Positions 59,550 to 64,000 of a stretch of DNA of 64,000 nucleotides are shown piece after piece. The position numbers and the translations under genes were made by a program. The notes beneath the pieces were generated by a model. It saw only the letters and a list, made by a program, of their open reading frames with translations. It had not been told where the DNA came from and did no database searches. This stretch comes from an uncultured bacterium (GTDB lineage: Bacteria; Planctomycetota; UBA8108; UBA1146). The stretch lies in contig CALEHF010000263.1 in the NCBI GenBank assembly GCA_937876125.1, positions 3,025 to 67,024 on the forward strand. Reading direction: 5' to 3'. Within the stretch, counting starts at the first letter, position 1; each line of letters opens with the position of its first letter.

Positions 59550-59584
59550 CGGCCGGGGCGTGAGAGCGTCCCGGCCGTTTTTTT
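59550..59584 (+). terminator. Rho-independent terminator after family member F
   Basis: ggccgggg-cgtgagagcgt-cccggcc hairpin followed by T7. Confidence 0.6.
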
Positions 59585-59778
59585 GAGTCAAGATGCTCCG
59601 TTTGCTAGCGACCGTCCTCCAAAGACCTGAAGAGGCGCGCGCCCCGGGAGAAAATCCGGCTGACCTTCAACGACTTGGATTTGCGGAGTCTTTGTGACCG
59701 TCTTCCCGTGACCTTCTTCCCCCAGATTCCCGGCCCGAACTCTTGAACTTGTCCAGAATCAGATCTACTCTGCGACCC

Positions 59779-60228
59779 ATGGACAAAGACCCCGCAAACC
59801 TCCTCAGAGAACACGGTCTCCAAGTGACGGCCCAGCGCCTGGCCGTGCTGCGGGCGGTCTCGGGCCGACCCCACTGCACAGCCGATGAGGTCGCCGAGGA
59901 CGTGCGCGCCGAGATCGGCGCCATCTCTCGCCAAGCGGTGTACGACGCGCTCCGGGTGCTCGCGGAAAAGCAGCTCATCGGGCGCGTCCAGCCCGCCGGG
60001 TCCCCCGCCCTCTTCGACCCCAGGGTCGGGGACAACCACCATCACGTCATCTGCCGCACCTGTGGGAAGGTCGTCGATGTCGACTGCGCCGTCGGCGAAA
60101 CCCCCTGCTTGACCGCCGCCGATCACTCCGGCTACCAGATCGATGAGGCGCAGGTGATCTATTGGGGCCATTGCCCCGAGTGTCTCTCGGAAAAGTCAGA
60201 GTCGGAGCCTTCGAGAACAGGAGCCTGA
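59779..60228 (+). CDS. Fur-family transcriptional regulator (FurA/PerR-like, upstream of katG)
   Basis: Fur fold: HTH ([19 protein letters not shown]), metal sites [12 protein letters not shown]...CPEC; furA-katG arrangement. Confidence 0.8.
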   Translation: MDKDPANLLREHGLQVTAQRLAVLRAVSGRPHCTADEVAEDVRAEIGAISRQAVYDALRVLAEKQLIGRVQPAGSPALFDPRVGDNHHHVICRTCGKVVDVDCAVGETPCLTAADHSGYQIDEAQVIYWGHCPECLSEKSESEPSRTGA

Positions 60229-62490
<2,262 letters not shown>

Positions 62491-62550
62491 TCGCGCGGAG
62501 TGATCTCTTGAACTCAGGGATCCGCCATGGGGCGGGCCCTTGAAAGCGCA

Positions 62551-62583
62551 GCGGGCCCGCGTCCCTCATGGACGCGGGCCCGC
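62551..62583. terminator. Inverted-repeat terminator between convergent katG and downstream gene
   Basis: 14-15-bp perfect inverted repeat gcgggcccgcgtcc/ggacgcgggcccgc with short loop, followed by TGTTTGTT. Confidence 0.5.
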
Positions 62584-62619
62584 TGTTTGTTCTCTCGGGT
62601 TCACCGCGTCGACTCGCTG

Positions 62620-63468
62620 TCAGGAGTCTCCACCGAGCATGTGCTCGTGCCCAGCCGCGAGCAGTCCGCGCCACCAACCGAGAAGGAAGGTCGCTGGATC
62701 GGGAGTCTCGAGCAGATCGTGGTAGTGCAGTAACGCGCCAGAAAAGCCCGTCGTGTTCCACGACGTCCCCTCGGGCACCGGCAGTTCTGGCAGTGCATCT
62801 GGCAGCGGGTAGGCCGTCACGTAGAAGTAAGGGTTGGGGATCGCGTCGTCCCCCAGGGTGAATCCGAAATTCATTTGCTTGTCGGCGTTCTCTCCATCGG
62901 CCGGATCCTGACCTGGAATCCGCTCTCCCGGTAGCCATACCATCGAGAGATCGAAGTGATGGGGCCAGACTTGGATCGGGCTGGTCTCTTCCCGAATGCC
63001 AGATCGGAACTCGACCATCGAGGCGTTCACAGCACCGAACGACTCGCCGATCTGCTGCGCCGCTTCGGCAGAATAGCCGGGGTGCTCGGGTGCAGGCGCT
63101 TCACCGCCTCCTCGAGCCGCATTCCCACCCGACTCGATTCCCAGCGCGGTCAGAAACTCGCGGACAGACTCGCGGATCGACTGCGCAGACTGTCCACGCA
63201 ACGGCTCTGACGACCGCGCATCCGTCGCCGCCCGCATCTCGAGCAGACTGTTCCGGAGATCGAGTTCGAGCTCGAAATCGACTGCGGCGCTGACGACCCC
63301 TGTCGTGAGACCGTTCAGCGACGGGCGCAGGCTCGCGTGCCACCAATGCTTGCGTTGCGTCCGGCACTCCTTCAGAAGGTCGCCGAGCACGCGCGCGTAG
63401 TCATGGAGCGCGGCGCGGGTGGTATCGATGTGCGCGGGGTCCAGAGTCGAGAATCGGTTTGTGCTCAT
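62620..63468 (-). CDS. Hypothetical protein, unknown function
   Basis: Long ORF with ordinary composition, no recognisable motif. Confidence 0.4.
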   Translation of the reverse strand: MSTNRFSTLDPAHIDTTRAALHDYARVLGDLLKECRTQRKHWWHASLRPSLNGLTTGVVSAAVDFELELDLRNSLLEMRAATDARSSEPLRGQSAQSIRESVREFLTALGIESGGNAARGGGEAPAPEHPGYSAEAAQQIGESFGAVNASMVEFRSGIREETSPIQVWPHHFDLSMVWLPGERIPGQDPADGENADKQMNFGFTLGDDAIPNPYFYVTAYPLPDALPELPVPEGTSWNTTGFSGALLHYHDLLETPDPATFLLGWWRGLLAAGHEHMLGGDS

Positions 63469-63650
63469 GTTGTTCTCATTCTGACCGTCGTGAAGCACTT
63501 CTCATCATCCCGGACGCCCTCCAGCCACATGAGCACTCGCCGGCAGACTCCGCCGAGCGCTCGGACTCAGTTTCGCCGCGGGAGTTGCAAGCCAAGCCGC
63601 AACACGTAACTCTTGCCGTGGGGCGAGCTTCGGGTGTCCCTGTGACCGTG

Positions 63651-63920
63651 CTACTGGAGCAGCACCACTCCGATAATCACGGCCAATAAGACCGCTCCCG
63701 TGACGAGCCCCGCGCCCGCGCCCGCCGCGAGGAACACGCTGCCGCTGATCGCGCAGGCGGCCACCACCGCTCCCCCGAGGAGCACCCAGAAGAGCGGCTC
63801 CGGGCCCCCTGCGACCGGGACCGCCTTCTCGCAAGCCGGGCAGTTCGCGATCCCCCCCTTCAGCGAACGAGGGACCTCGAACTGGTGCCCGCACTCGGAG
63901 CAGTCGACGTTGACCGTCAA
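63651..63920 (-). CDS. Small zinc-ribbon membrane protein
   Basis: N-terminal CxxC...CxxC (CSECGHQFEV...CPACEK) then two hydrophobic helices. Confidence 0.45.
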   Translation of the reverse strand: MTVNVDCSECGHQFEVPRSLKGGIANCPACEKAVPVAGGPEPLFWVLLGGAVVAACAISGSVFLAAGAGAGLVTGAVLLAVIIGVVLLQ

Positions 63921-64000
63921 CGATCAGCCCTTCTGGCGTCCCTCGACCGCGGCGAGCAAGATCCCGCCGGCGAGCACCAAACGAGAATCGATGGCATCTT

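Overview
This is a 64 kb, high-GC (roughly 68-70%) bacterial chromosomal segment. High GC produces many long antisense ORFs, and I treat those as spurious. The gene content mixes PVC-like and Myxococcota-like markers, so I do not commit to a taxon: a PVC-type giant dehydrogenase/cytochrome c domain protein, many secreted proteins with a dockerin-like double module, a Myxococcus-type Cys-rich repeat and beta-propeller repeats.

Housekeeping and regulation:
- An rluA-family pseudouridine synthase and an RlmK-type 23S rRNA methyltransferase are translationally coupled by an ATGA overlap.
- Two-component signalling genes: a hybrid histidine kinase with two receiver domains, plus an OmpR-type response regulator/histidine kinase pair.
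- hemL, ggt, pdxH, furA-like regulator plus katG.
- Two RimK-type ATP-grasp ligases.
- A divergent MarR / DksA-TraR pair next to a SET-domain protein plus PLP decarboxylase operon.

Notable items:
1. A BCP/PrxQ-type peroxiredoxin whose peroxidatic Cys codon is an in-frame TGA followed by a SECIS-like hairpin; this is a candidate selenoprotein.
2. Six paralogous secreted proteins carrying a conserved Cys-containing double dockerin-like module.
3. A tRNA-Arg(CCT) gene with a 45-bp direct repeat of its 3' end 7.8 kb downstream, flanking an island that holds a decayed tyrosine integrase, a His-rich protein, a CopB-like outer-membrane protein and a HEAT-repeat gene with an internal TGA.
4. An ISL3 transposase inside a 4 kb segment bounded by 65-bp direct repeats.
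5. A recurring, same-orientation intergenic motif GTCTnTGTGACCG (5 copies).
6. Three contiguous 16-bp direct repeats in a divergent promoter.

No rRNA genes or CRISPR arrays were seen. All coordinates for starts are approximate where alternative starts exist.
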